Shown: piece by piece, positions 24,809 through 34,570 of the stretch
Position numbering within the stretch: position 1 is the first letter of the stretch
Layout: every line of letters begins with the position of its first letter
NCBI GenBank assembly: GCA_965287045.1
Contig: OZ336877.1
Coordinates: 48,174,001-48,238,000 of the forward strand
Length of the DNA stretch: 64,000 nt
Origin: Carcharhinus amblyrhynchos
Lineage: Eukaryota
Reading direction: 5' to 3'
Translations under genes and position numbers: made by a program
Notes under the pieces: generated by a model
Told to the model about the DNA's origin: nothing
Database searches by the model: none
The model's input: only the letters and a program-made list of their open reading frames with translations

Positions 24809-24986
24809 AATAGAAATCATAGAAACCCTACAGCACGGAAAGAGGCCATTCGTCCCATCGAGTCTGCATCGACCACAATCCCACCCAGGCCCTACCCCCA
24901 TATCCCCACATATTTACCCAGTAATCCTCTAACCTACACGTTTCAGCACACTAAGGGCAATTTTAGCATAGCCAATCAACCTAATC
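24809..24986 (-). mobile_element. 5'-truncated HE1-type SINE nested in CR1
   Basis: ATCATAGAAACCCTACAGCACGGAAAGAGGCCATTCG...GCCAATCAACCTAA; closely similar to 47489-47716. Confidence 0.8.
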
Positions 24987-25533
24987 CAAAAGGCTAATAG
25001 AATGCTTTTGTTTTCAATCTGAAGGATAGGAATTCAAGGGGGTAGAAGTCATGCTTGAGCATGAGCTATACAAAGCCTTTGATAGGCCATAGCTGGAGTA
25101 CTGTGAACAATTAGGAATGATATCTAGGCCTTTGAAGGAGTACAAGATAATTTTACCAGAATGATCCCTGGAATCAACTGTTAAATTATGAGAATAGCTG
25201 ACACAAAGCATTGTTGTTTTCCCCAGAGTTTAGGGGAAGGTTAAGGGGTATTTTGATTGAGGCTCTCAGTATTAAGAAGAACAAATCAAATAGACAGGGA
25301 AAAGCCTTTTCTGCTGGTTGGGGAATCTGGTACCTGCGGCAGGTGTTGAGGGAGTGAAAATAGGGCACACTATAACACACTGTTAAAAATTTGGAACTTC
25401 TCTGCAAATCGCAATTGATGATGCATCAATTATTGATTTTCATATCTGAAATAGATAGATATTAACTAAGGTTTTATGAGGTATGGAGCAAGGATGATAC
25501 ACCACAGACTATCCATGATCTGGACCAATAATG

Positions 25534-25620
25534 ATGTGGAGGTGCCAGCATTGGACTGGAGTGGGCATTGTAAGAGGTCTCAACACCACTGATTCCAAAT
25601 AAATCTGTTGGACATTTTAT
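25534..25620. mobile_element. 87-bp insertion (probably Penelope terminal-repeat derived) with a perfect 13-bp TSD
   Basis: TGGACCAATAATG at 25521-25533 and again at 25621-25633. Confidence 0.7.
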
Positions 25621-25875
25621 TGGACCAATAATGGAACAGATTTGTGGGGTTAAATGGCCTGCTTCTGTTACATTTGTAGCATGTTAAATATGATTAGCAC
25701 AGTGCTCAGTTTGGTTTATCTAATATTCACCTGAAAACTATACCAGTGATCAGATAATGTTGAACTGTTTATCTAACTGTAATGCAGCAGAGATTTGGTC
25801 TGAACGCTGTAAATTACTGTTTTAGTCCATGTCAGCTTTCACTCTGGTTCCAAGTATTTCTTTTAAAATTTGAGC

Positions 25876-26125
25876 TGAGATTGTTTAATGTGGTGACAGT
25901 ATTAGAATGAAAGAAACTGTTTAACCAATTAACTGTCCCTTAATATTGGGTGCATTTTATGTTCGATATAGTGGTAAAGGCTTTTGCAGTTCTTAATAAT
26001 TTATTGGTTTGCAATTCAAAGTGAGATTGTATTTGTTTGTTTAATGTGGTAACAGAATTAAGAATTAGAATGAAGGAAAATGTTTAACCTCCAAACTGTC
26101 CTTTTAATGTTGGGTGTATTTTGTT
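25876..26125 (+). repeat. Diverged direct duplication of about 90-100 bp
   Basis: TGTTTAATGTGGT..ATTAGAATGAA.GAAA.TGTTTAACC..AACTGTCC..TAAT.TTGGGTG occurs twice, about 155 bp apart. Confidence 0.85.
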
Positions 26126-28189
26126 ACGTGCCATTATTTTGAGCAACAGTCATAGATAAATAAGAGGCCTCAGATTCTTGTATTTTTGCACAGAAGTTTC
26201 TTTCTGCACGATGATTTGGAAAAAAATACTCCTGAAATGTAATCTTCACTTGAAACAAGGATAAACATCAATCTATTTTGACCCTTTTGTCATCCGTGCA
26301 TTTCCAATTTTACTCAGAAATGCGATCATCGATGCAATTAACCACTAACTCACCACATTTGCCCATATTTGTGTATTGTCAATGTTCGACTTTTATAACT
26401 TAAATTTGGGCAAAGTATAAGTAATCAGCCATTTGTTTTTGCTTAATAAAATTAAGTGATAAGCTTGCCATAAAATCGAGCTTTATGTCCTCTGAGGAGT
26501 TTGACAAAAAAATAAAGGTTTTTTGCTGTGTGGATGTGTGTGACCAGAGGATTTTAGGCACTACTGGACACTTAACAGCATGCAACTTGTGGCATTCATA
26601 CAGGAAACTGAAAACTGCTGACAGCACCAGTAGTCTTGACATAAATGGTTTCTTTTTGATCTCTCATTTGTATTCCAGAAGGGAAAGAAACAACATTTAT
26701 ATTTAACTCATTATTCACTGAGCAATCACTGCTTATGTTTGCAGGCATAGTTCATGCAGCTATACAAGAAAACAATAGGTTTTGGTACTTTTTAAAAAGG
26801 CATTCTTTTTGTGAACAGGCAATTCTTTCAGTATTCTGCATGTTGGCTTTAAATTCCATTGCAAGTTGTGGTGTGGCTGTCAGGTCTATATAGTGGCCAT
26901 TCTTATCACTGGGTCTACCTTGTAACGTTAAGGCTAAAAATAGCACTTTATCACTTTTTGTAACCTATGAGTTCTGCTTTTATTTAACTAGGTTCCAGCA
27001 TGTTAATTTCCCAGCTGTTTTCTTGTAGGGTGTCCAGAGTGCATGTGTGTGAATTCTACTGAATTAGCTCAATCCCAGAATAAATAGATTAACTTATAGT
27101 AAAAGATCTTCTTTCCTCCTAAATCTTTACGGTAAAACTAGAATCCTCTGACCTGTGCTTTTGTCAGATTGACAAACTGCACTGCAGTGACAGGTTTTAC
27201 GGTGCTCACTTGCTTTATAGCTGCAGCTTTTGCTTTTTGAGTCAGTGTTATTGATTGTACAGACTGTCTAATACACAGAAATTCAACTGACAGGCATTTA
27301 AAAAGAAAGACTGCATTTTTAATGGTTGAAACATTGCTGGGTTTGTGCCTGACCACCACTTTCTTGGCTAATATTTACATTCAAAAGAGGATGTTCTGAT
27401 CAGGTTGTCCTAGGTGTAGTTGTTTTCTTTTTATTCTCTCTCTCAAGTTACTGTATCTTTGTATCTGTTCAGCAGCAGGAACCAATGGAAGACTAACTAT
27501 GAATCCTGTATTAATGTGATGAAGTTCTCAGTAATTTTATTACTAGTTTTCAATATGTAAAGATTTGTGGGCTGCTTCAGTATCAATTTTTATATTCCAG
27601 CCTGTAGGGCAAGAAGAATTTTAATATCCTGAAAGGATTTGTAAGATGGTTTGCCAAGAATTGTGGCTTTTCTGACAAGTGCACAGTATATTTATTGCTG
27701 TTATTTTATATGTCATAAATCGTTCATCCTCAATCTTTGATCAGGCCTGTGTTTTCAATTTCATGTGAGATTGTTCTCTTTAGGGTAATATCTGCAGTAC
27801 AATTAAGGTGATAGAGGAAGGAGAAGTTGTTTGTGAATTCCTTCATGCAGTGTAGATCAAAATTCCGCCATCTCGACTGTGGGAAGACACAGTGCAGTTT
27901 GGTTGATCTGTTTTGTGGAGCAGCTACACTTCAGTCAATGGGTGTGACTCTGAAATTCCTGGTGCTTGTCAGTTCAATTCTCTGCCGCATTTTTGCAACC
28001 TCTGTCTTTTATCTCTAACAGTGGTCCAATAAAGCTCAAAATACTTCAGGAACAGGACCTTATCTTTCGAATGGGGCCTTCTGGACTTGATGTTGAGTTC
28101 AAGAATTTCAGATCGTACCCTCTGACCCTGTTTTTGGACAGGAGCTGTTGCTATTCCCATTTACTTTTCTTCTAGATCCATCTTTTTGT

Positions 28190-28343
28190 AGAATCCCTAT
28201 AGTGCAGAAGGAGGCCATTTAACCCATCCAATCTGCACCAACTCTGTTAGAGTATTTGACCCAGACCATCTCCCCTGCCCTATTCCCGTAACCCACATAC
28301 TTAGCATGATTAATCTACAATTTAGACAGCTTGGGACACTAAG
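28190..28343 (-). mobile_element. Truncated HE1-type SINE (3' part)
   Basis: TAGAATCCCTATAGTGCAGAAGGAGGCCATT...GGGACACTAAG. Confidence 0.7.
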
Positions 28344-28379
28344 ATTCCTGGAAATGATCCACTATCATCTCCCATGTTT

Positions 28380-28880
28380 ATCTTATACTATCATCTCTTT
28401 ATCATTTTAATCTCTCCCGTATTCCATTTATCACAGACTTTCCATGCTGTTCTACCTCTTCGCCCTTCACAGTTATTAAAGGCCTGTTACGTCTCAAACT
28501 TTCTCAATTCTGATGGAAGGTAATAAATCTAAAATGTTAACCCTGTTTTCCCTCTCCACAGATGCTGTGTTTCTTTAGTAATTGTTTTCCGTTTTGGTTA
28601 TGAATTTGAAGGAAGTGCTCTGATAGTTTGTCGTTTTGTCCGAGCTGAAATGATGCCGAGGTTCTTGATTCTTGTTTGTCATCAGAGCAGAAAGACAACA
28701 ATGCAGATGCTGCAAATCTGAAGTAAATCAAAAAATTCCAGAAATACTCCAGATAATGCAGATTTTGTGGAGAGAAGGATGGTTGACATTTCAGATTGAT
28801 GATCTTTCAGCAGAACTGAAAGAAGCTTGATATGTAACTCGTTTTTAAGCAAAAACAGAGGCATGGACAGGAATGGGGTG
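28380..28880. mobile_element. Two Penelope-derived repeats in inverted orientation (+ 28380-28570; - 28700-28880)
   Basis: + strand TTCTGATGG..AAATGTTAAC..CTCTCCACAGATGCTG; - strand AGTTCTGCTGAAAGATCATCAATCTGAAATGTCAACC. Confidence 0.6.
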
Positions 28881-28979
28881 AAAAGCCAAAAGGGATTTTT
28901 TTTAACATTCGGAATGTCAGATTTCTGGTGAGGCTTGTATTTATTGCCCATTCTTAATTGCCCTTGATAAGACGCTGGA

Positions 28980-29243
28980 GGGCAGCACCAGGTACTCGGG
29001 TTTGATTTCTGGACTTGGGCCATTGTCTGTAGAGTTTACACGTTCTCCCTGTGTCTGTGTGGGTTTCCTCCAGGTGCTCCAGTTTCCTCCCACAGTCCAA
29101 AAATGTGTAGATTAGGTGGATTAGCCATGCTGGATGCACAGGATTATGGGGATAGGGCAGGGGGGTGTGGGTGCTAATTCGGAGAATTGATGCAGACCTG
29201 ATGGGCTGAATGGCCTCCTTCTGCATTGTATGGAATCTATGAT
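28980..29243 (+). mobile_element. HE1-type SINE lacking its A box, nested in a minus-strand LINE 3' end (28895-29315)
   Basis: GGGTTTGATTTC B box, V domain GTGTGGGTTTCCTCCAGGTGCTCCAGTTTCCTCCCACAGTCC, tail GAATCTATGAT. Confidence 0.8.
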
Positions 29244-29319
29244 AAGCTGCTGTCTTGTACCACTGAAGTCTGTGTGGTGAATATATTCCCACAATACTGG
29301 TAGAGGGAGTTCCAACAAC

Positions 29320-30530
29320 ACATTCTAACTTGTAAAACACTCTGAGGCATTCCATAAGAGTGTTGTTCAAACAAAATTTGATGCTGAGCTACATGAGATA
29401 ACAAGACATATGACCAAAAGCTTGGTTAAAGTACTCTGTTTTCATGAATGTGTTCAAAGAGGAAAGAAAGGTTTAAAGAATTCCAGAACTTAGGTCTTTG
29501 GCAGCTGAAGGCATGGTCACTAATAGTGGCATGCTTAAAATTGGAGATGTTTGAGACCTAACTTGGAAGAGTGTTTATATCTGAGAGGGTTGTGGGACTG
29601 GAGGAGATTATGCAGCTGGTGAGAATTTGATCATGAAGGAATTTGAAAATTTGGATAACAACATTCAAGCTGAATGTTGTTTAACCGCAAGTCAGTGTGA
29701 ATCCACAAGCATAGGGTGGTCATGGGTTAGGATATGGGCAGTAGAGATTTTCATGACCCTAAATTTAAAGAGGATACTTGTCAGGTGCACATTGGAATAC
29801 CCACGTCTAGAGGCACCAAAGGCATGGATGAGGGTTTCAGTAGTAGACGAGGCTGGGCTAGTGCTGATATTGAAGTCACAACAGGGGATTTTACTGCCAA
29901 TATATAATCAGATGATCATCTTGGGGTCAAACACACCATAAGAACATAAGAAATAGGAGCAGGAGTAGGCCATCTAGCCATTCGAGCCTGCCCTGCCATT
30001 CAAATAAGATCATGGCTGATCTGAAGTGGCTCTGTTCCACTTTCCTGCCTGCTCCCCATAACCCTTAATTCCCTTGTCTATCAGAAATCTCTCTATCCGT
30101 GACTTAAACATATTCAACAAGGTAACCTCCACCACTTCAATGGGCAGAGAATTCCAGAGATTCACCCCCCTCTGAGAGAAGAAGCTCCTCCTCAACTCTG
30201 TTCTAAACCATCCCCCCCCCGCCCTTATTTTGAGGCTGTGCCCTCTAGTTCTGGTTTCCTTTCTAAGTGGAAAGAATCTCTACCTCTACCCTATCCATCC
30301 CCTTCATTATCTTACACGTTTCTATAAGATCCCCCCTCAGCCTTCTAAATTCCAATGAGTACAGGCCCAGTCTATTTACTTTCTCCTCATAAGCTAACCA
30401 CCACATTTGTGAACGGTCAAGTTCACGTTAGATGGTTACTAGGGAGGAGGATGGAGTTGCTGGCTAAGGAACATCGTTTGCCATGAGGACTGAAGATGAT
30501 GGCATTCGTCTTCCCAGTGCTTGTGTGGAA
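29320..30530 (-). mobile_element. L2 LINE fragment split by a CR1 insertion
   Basis: ATGACCAAAAGCTTGGTTAAAG, CTGAAGGCATGG, GTCTAGAGG; colinear with 22015-22875. Confidence 0.65.
29937..30405 (-). mobile_element. CR1 LINE 3' end
   Basis: ORF 30010..30195 FFSQRGVNLWNSLP...FK...GIKGYG; (CATAAGAA)n tail. Confidence 0.9.
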
Positions 30531-30619
30531 TTGGATCACATATTAACCATTATCTCACTGAATGGTGGAACAGCTTGGGTGACTCAATGTCTCACTCTTC
30601 CTATCAGTTACAAGTTTGT

Positions 30620-31565
30620 GTAGCACTGATGAAGAAACAGTGACATGTTTCGAAGTTGGGTTTGTGAGATTTGGAAGGAAACTTGCAAGTGGCTGCTTTC
30701 CAATGCATCTGCTGTCTTTGTCCTTCTCGATGGTAGTGGTCACGGATTTAGGAGGGGTTGTCAAAGAAGCCTTGGGAAATTTCTGCAATGTGCCTTGTAG
30801 ATAATACATATTCACAGTCAATGTGTGATAGTGGGAATGAATGTTCATTTTAGGTTGGTGAATGATTTGATTGAGTGGGCTACTTTCTCCTGAAAGATGT
30901 CCAGATTTTTGAGTGTTGTGGTAGCTGCATTCATTCAGGCAGGTAGAGAGTATTCTATTTCACTCCTGACTTATGAATTAGAGGTGGATAGGCTTTGAGG
31001 AGTCAGGAGGTGAGTCACTTTGCTGAAAGGACCTAGCCTCTGAACTGCTGTTGGTGCTGCAGTATGTATATGGCTTAAATGATTTAACCTTTTGTTGAAT
31101 GGTGATCGCAAGATGTTACACTGGGGGAATCTGTTGATCGTCATGCTGCTGAATATTAAGGAGAACTGGTTAGAGAGCCTTGTTGGAGATGGACATTACT
31201 CCTGTATCATGAACGTTACTTGCTACTTAGTGGCACAAGCTTGGATATTGTCCAAGTCTTCCTGTATATTGGTACAGACTGCTTCAATATCTGAGAAGTT
31301 TCAAATGGAATTGAAAACTTTGCAAGTATCAGTCAACATCGCATTTTTTTTATGGAGTGAAAATGATTGAGGAAGCAGCTGAAGACAGCTGGGCCTAGAC
31401 ATTACTCTGAGGAACTCCTGGTTTGGAAATGATTGATCTCCAACAATCATCATCCTTCTTCATGTTAGGTATGACTTCAATCAAGGGAGGCTTATCCTCC
31501 TGATATCCATTGACTTTAGTTTACTGTGGCTCCTTGGTGTCACACTTGGTCAAATGCTATCAAGG
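30620..31565 (-). mobile_element. CR1-clade LINE fragment
   Basis: Colinear with 18700-19650 (GGAGTCAGGAGGTGAG, TTGGAGATGG, GCAGCTGAAG, GAGGAACTCCTG). Confidence 0.7.
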
Positions 31566-32368
31566 TGAGACAGAACATACTCAGACGATGACTTAGGAGT
31601 TTCAGATGTTGGCTGAGAGTATGAATGGTCTGTGGCATTAATACCTAGATGGAAATGAGAACTTTTGAGTCTTGATTTAGCAGCGTGTGTCTTTGCTGCA
31701 TCCAAATTCTATGATGGGTGAACTGCCTTATTTTATTCTTGGTAATACTTTGGTATGTGGTGTTCTGCGTCAACTCAGAAAACTATCTCAGGTCAGGAAT
31801 TCACATGAATGAGACAACATGGGGATGGTACGTTTTCATCACCAAACGTAGTTAATTAGTTGGTACATCCAATTCATGGTCACATTAACCAGATTTATTC
31901 AATGAACTCAAATTCAGAAAATGCCATAGTGGGGTTTGATCTCTTTGCCTTGATGGTGCATCTTTCTAGTTACTAGTCCAATGACACGTACTATGCTACC
32001 ACACCCAAGGCAAAAGGAGGTGGTAATAGCACAAGTGAAAAACAAAAGGTGAGTCTAGAGGAGCAGTAAGTAGAAATGCAGAGCTGTTACCTGCATTTGC
32101 CGTATAAAACAGTGGCTGGGACTTTGTGCCCACGTTTTCCATGAGTGCAAATGGTGACATGGGAGCAAAATCCTGTGAGAGTCAAAAAATGAGATTCTCT
32201 CTGCTGAGATCTGGTATCTGATCTTCCCAACCCCCCTCACCAGTGACTTAACAAGGTTTCACCCAGGGAAGTTGGGAACCTCGTTTCCATATAATTGCTG
32301 GGCTTCCCTGCCTCATCATCCTGCTCTCTCCCCGCCCAAGCCCCTGAGAGGGACATGCCCAGATAGCG

Positions 32369-32423
32369 CCCCCCCCCCTTTGCTGGTTTTGGGGGGGGGG
32401 TGGTGGGGGGGGGGGGGGGGGGG
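32369..32423 (+). repeat. C10 / G10-TGGT-G19 homopolymer cluster
   Basis: Read directly; lies within a GC-rich unclassified block (about 32200-32740). Confidence 0.9.
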
Positions 32424-33266
32424 TTTGCCTCTGAGGCACTGCCCCCCTTGTGGAGGGCTCTGGGGAGCTCTGCTTATGTGTTTGGGGGAATTTTGTGTGT
32501 GAGAGGGCTGGCCTCCATGTATATTGTGAGGGAGTGGAAGCTCTTTCATTTTTAAGAGTTTGGGGCCTTTTTTTTCCCAAAAGGTGACCTGATTCCTGGA
32601 GTTATGGGTTTTTTCTGTCCCCAGCCACAAGCCTATGTGGGCCACGCCTGCAGATCTTTTTTTTTGCACAGAGGTAGCAAGAACATAAGAACATGATGAG
32701 CTGCATTTCACTTTTCCCACCTCAGCCAGCACCCTGTGCAGAAAAGGGACTGCTCAATGATCTGAAATTGTTGAATCCTACAGTGGGAGTACAGAATATG
32801 ACACAAGTTGCGTGTAATGAAAAATGGATTCAAGGATGAATTTGGTGCAGGTTGAAATCTTTGGCATGTTTTTCCGAAGCCAGCATTTAGATTAACAGTT
32901 ATAGTCAGAACTTCAAAAGCAAGTGAAGAAGCCTAGCTAAGAGAAATGGGCATCCAGCATATAGTAATGGAGGAACATTAGCCCTTGACTTTGCCCAGCA
33001 AGTATGAGGTCTGTGCTACCTTTGTGAATAAGAAGGACAACAAGATGGATGATCAAATTTTCCATGGTGCAGGGACAGCAGAAGGAATGTGGTAGTGATG
33101 GGGAAACAATACAGTCAGGGGGTGGGTACTGTTCTGTGCAACAGAGACCTGAAGCTCCAAAGGTTGTCGCCACTTGTGGTTCGTAACTGGTGCCAGGATG
33201 CAGAACATCTCCTTGTGGCTGGAGATGAATTTGGAATGTGAGAGGCTGGTTCCAGTTTTTGTGGCC

Positions 33267-33466
33267 TACATTGGAATATGGGTGATATATTTTTTAAAAA
33301 AGATGCAGGTTATTTTAGGAGCTGATCATGTGATCACATTCGAGTGTGTTTTGTTCTTTTGTAGTGCTGAGAGAGCAGCTCTTAAATAAAACCTGTTGTT
33401 TGTTTCAATCCACGTTCTTTTCTTTCTGTTAAAGCCCACAACCCTGAACATAATTAGGATATTTCA
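33267..33466 (+). mobile_element. Putative solo LTR; second copy at 59969-60202
   Basis: Shares TTTA.GAGCTGATCA..TGA, AATAAA(A)CCTGTT, CACGT.CTTT and a CA terminus with the second copy. Confidence 0.5.
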
Positions 33467-33877
33467 GTGGGTCGGCCTAGGAATGAAGTTCTGTAGAGAA
33501 TTCCTGATGTTTAGGTCCAAATTAAAATGCAGAACATCAAAAGTAGTCACCTCCAGCTAACATCTTTAATCACAAGAATATTGACCTTAAAGCCAAATAT
33601 GTAGGTATGAGGGACGAACTGGCTAATGTTGATTTAAGTAAGTAGACTGAAAGATAATGCTGGTAAATAGTGGGGAACATTTTGAAGAAAATTCAAGATA
33701 TTCAACAAAAATGCATTCCATTGAAGAAAGATCTATCCTTGGCTTTCTTACCAGGTTAGGGATCATATCAGATTAAAAGAAGAGATAGTAAGGAGTGTTT
33801 TGGAAATCAAAAAGTTGATGACGAAAAATAATATGAGAATTAGTTAGTCAAGAATATAAAAAGGGTAGAATATAATA

Positions 33878-34075
33878 AGGGTAGTAAGGTTGTGGAATGC
33901 CCTGCCTGCAGCAGTTGCGCACTTGCCAACTTTAAGGGCGTTCAAATGGTCTGTGGATAGGCATATGGATAGCATTGGAATAGTTTAGGTTAGAGGGTCA
34001 TTAGATTGGTTCCACTGGTCAGCGCAACATCAAGGGCCGAAGGGCCTGTACTGCACTGTAATGTTCTATGTTCTA
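33878..34075 (+). mobile_element. Younger CR1 3' end nested in the older CR1
   Basis: RVVRLWNALP motif; tail GGGCCGAAGGGCCTGTACTGCACTGTAATGTTCTATGTTCTA. Confidence 0.85.
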
Positions 34076-34389
34076 AAAACAGATCGTACGAGCTTTGACA
34101 GTTAAATATAAAGGGAGACAGAAGTGAAAGTAAACATCTGTTCCCTTAAAAGCAGAGACAGGATAAATTATTATGGAAATGAAGAAGTGACTGAGACATT
34201 GAACAAATATTTTGCACCTGTCTTCACAGTAGAAAACACAAGTTGCATTCCAGAAATAGTGGGTACCCTTGCCGCTAAAGAGCGTTATTAAGGTATTAAT
34301 ATCAGCAGAGAAAAACTATTGGCAAAATTTAAGGGATGGAAATCTAACATGTTCCCAGAACCTGATGGCTACATCCCAAGGTTCTAACC

Positions 34390-34570
34390 AATCTAAGTAA
34401 TCCTTCACTGTAGTGTCCGCAATACAATTATAATCCCTGAATCACAGAGACCAAAACTATATACAGTATTCCAGGTGTGGCTTACTAAAGCCCTGTACAA
34501 TTGTAGCATTGTACCCCAATCCTTTTGCAATAAAGATCAACATACCACTTTTCTTCCTTATTGCTGGTTG
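34390..34570 (-). mobile_element. Inverted CR1 ORF2 C-terminal fragment
   Basis: Minus strand LYRALVSHTWNTV, a frameshifted LVRPHLEYC region; resembles 40680-40860. Confidence 0.6.

Larger units (their letters stand above)
24345..25670 (+). mobile_element. CR1 LINE RT-to-3' fossil with two nested insertions
   Basis: MDFQKAFDK at about 24361; ISKIADNIKI...LQRDID (decayed KFADD) in ORF 24532..24717; LEYC motif; CR1 tail AATGGCCTGCTTCTG. Confidence 0.8.
33085..34386 (+). mobile_element. CR1 LINE 5' region: ORF1 esterase remnant plus ORF2 linker
   Basis: Decayed VVxGDSIVRG..VLC..GARMQNISLWLEMNLE (SGNH esterase); KAKYVGMRDELANVD, ETLNKYFAPVFT and decayed PGPDG.HPRVL ORF2 motifs. Confidence 0.7.

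Noticed and set aside
24806-24997. Similar peptides here and at 47468..47758 suggesting paralogous genes
   Set aside because: Both are antisense translations of HE1 SINE copies
28965-29246. TGATAAG on both sides of the SINE as a TSD
   Set aside because: The left copy is separated from the SINE by host LINE sequence and the right copy overlaps the SINE tail; coincidental
32248-32732. Poly-Pro / poly-Gly ORFs
   Set aside because: Artefact of the G homopolymer tract
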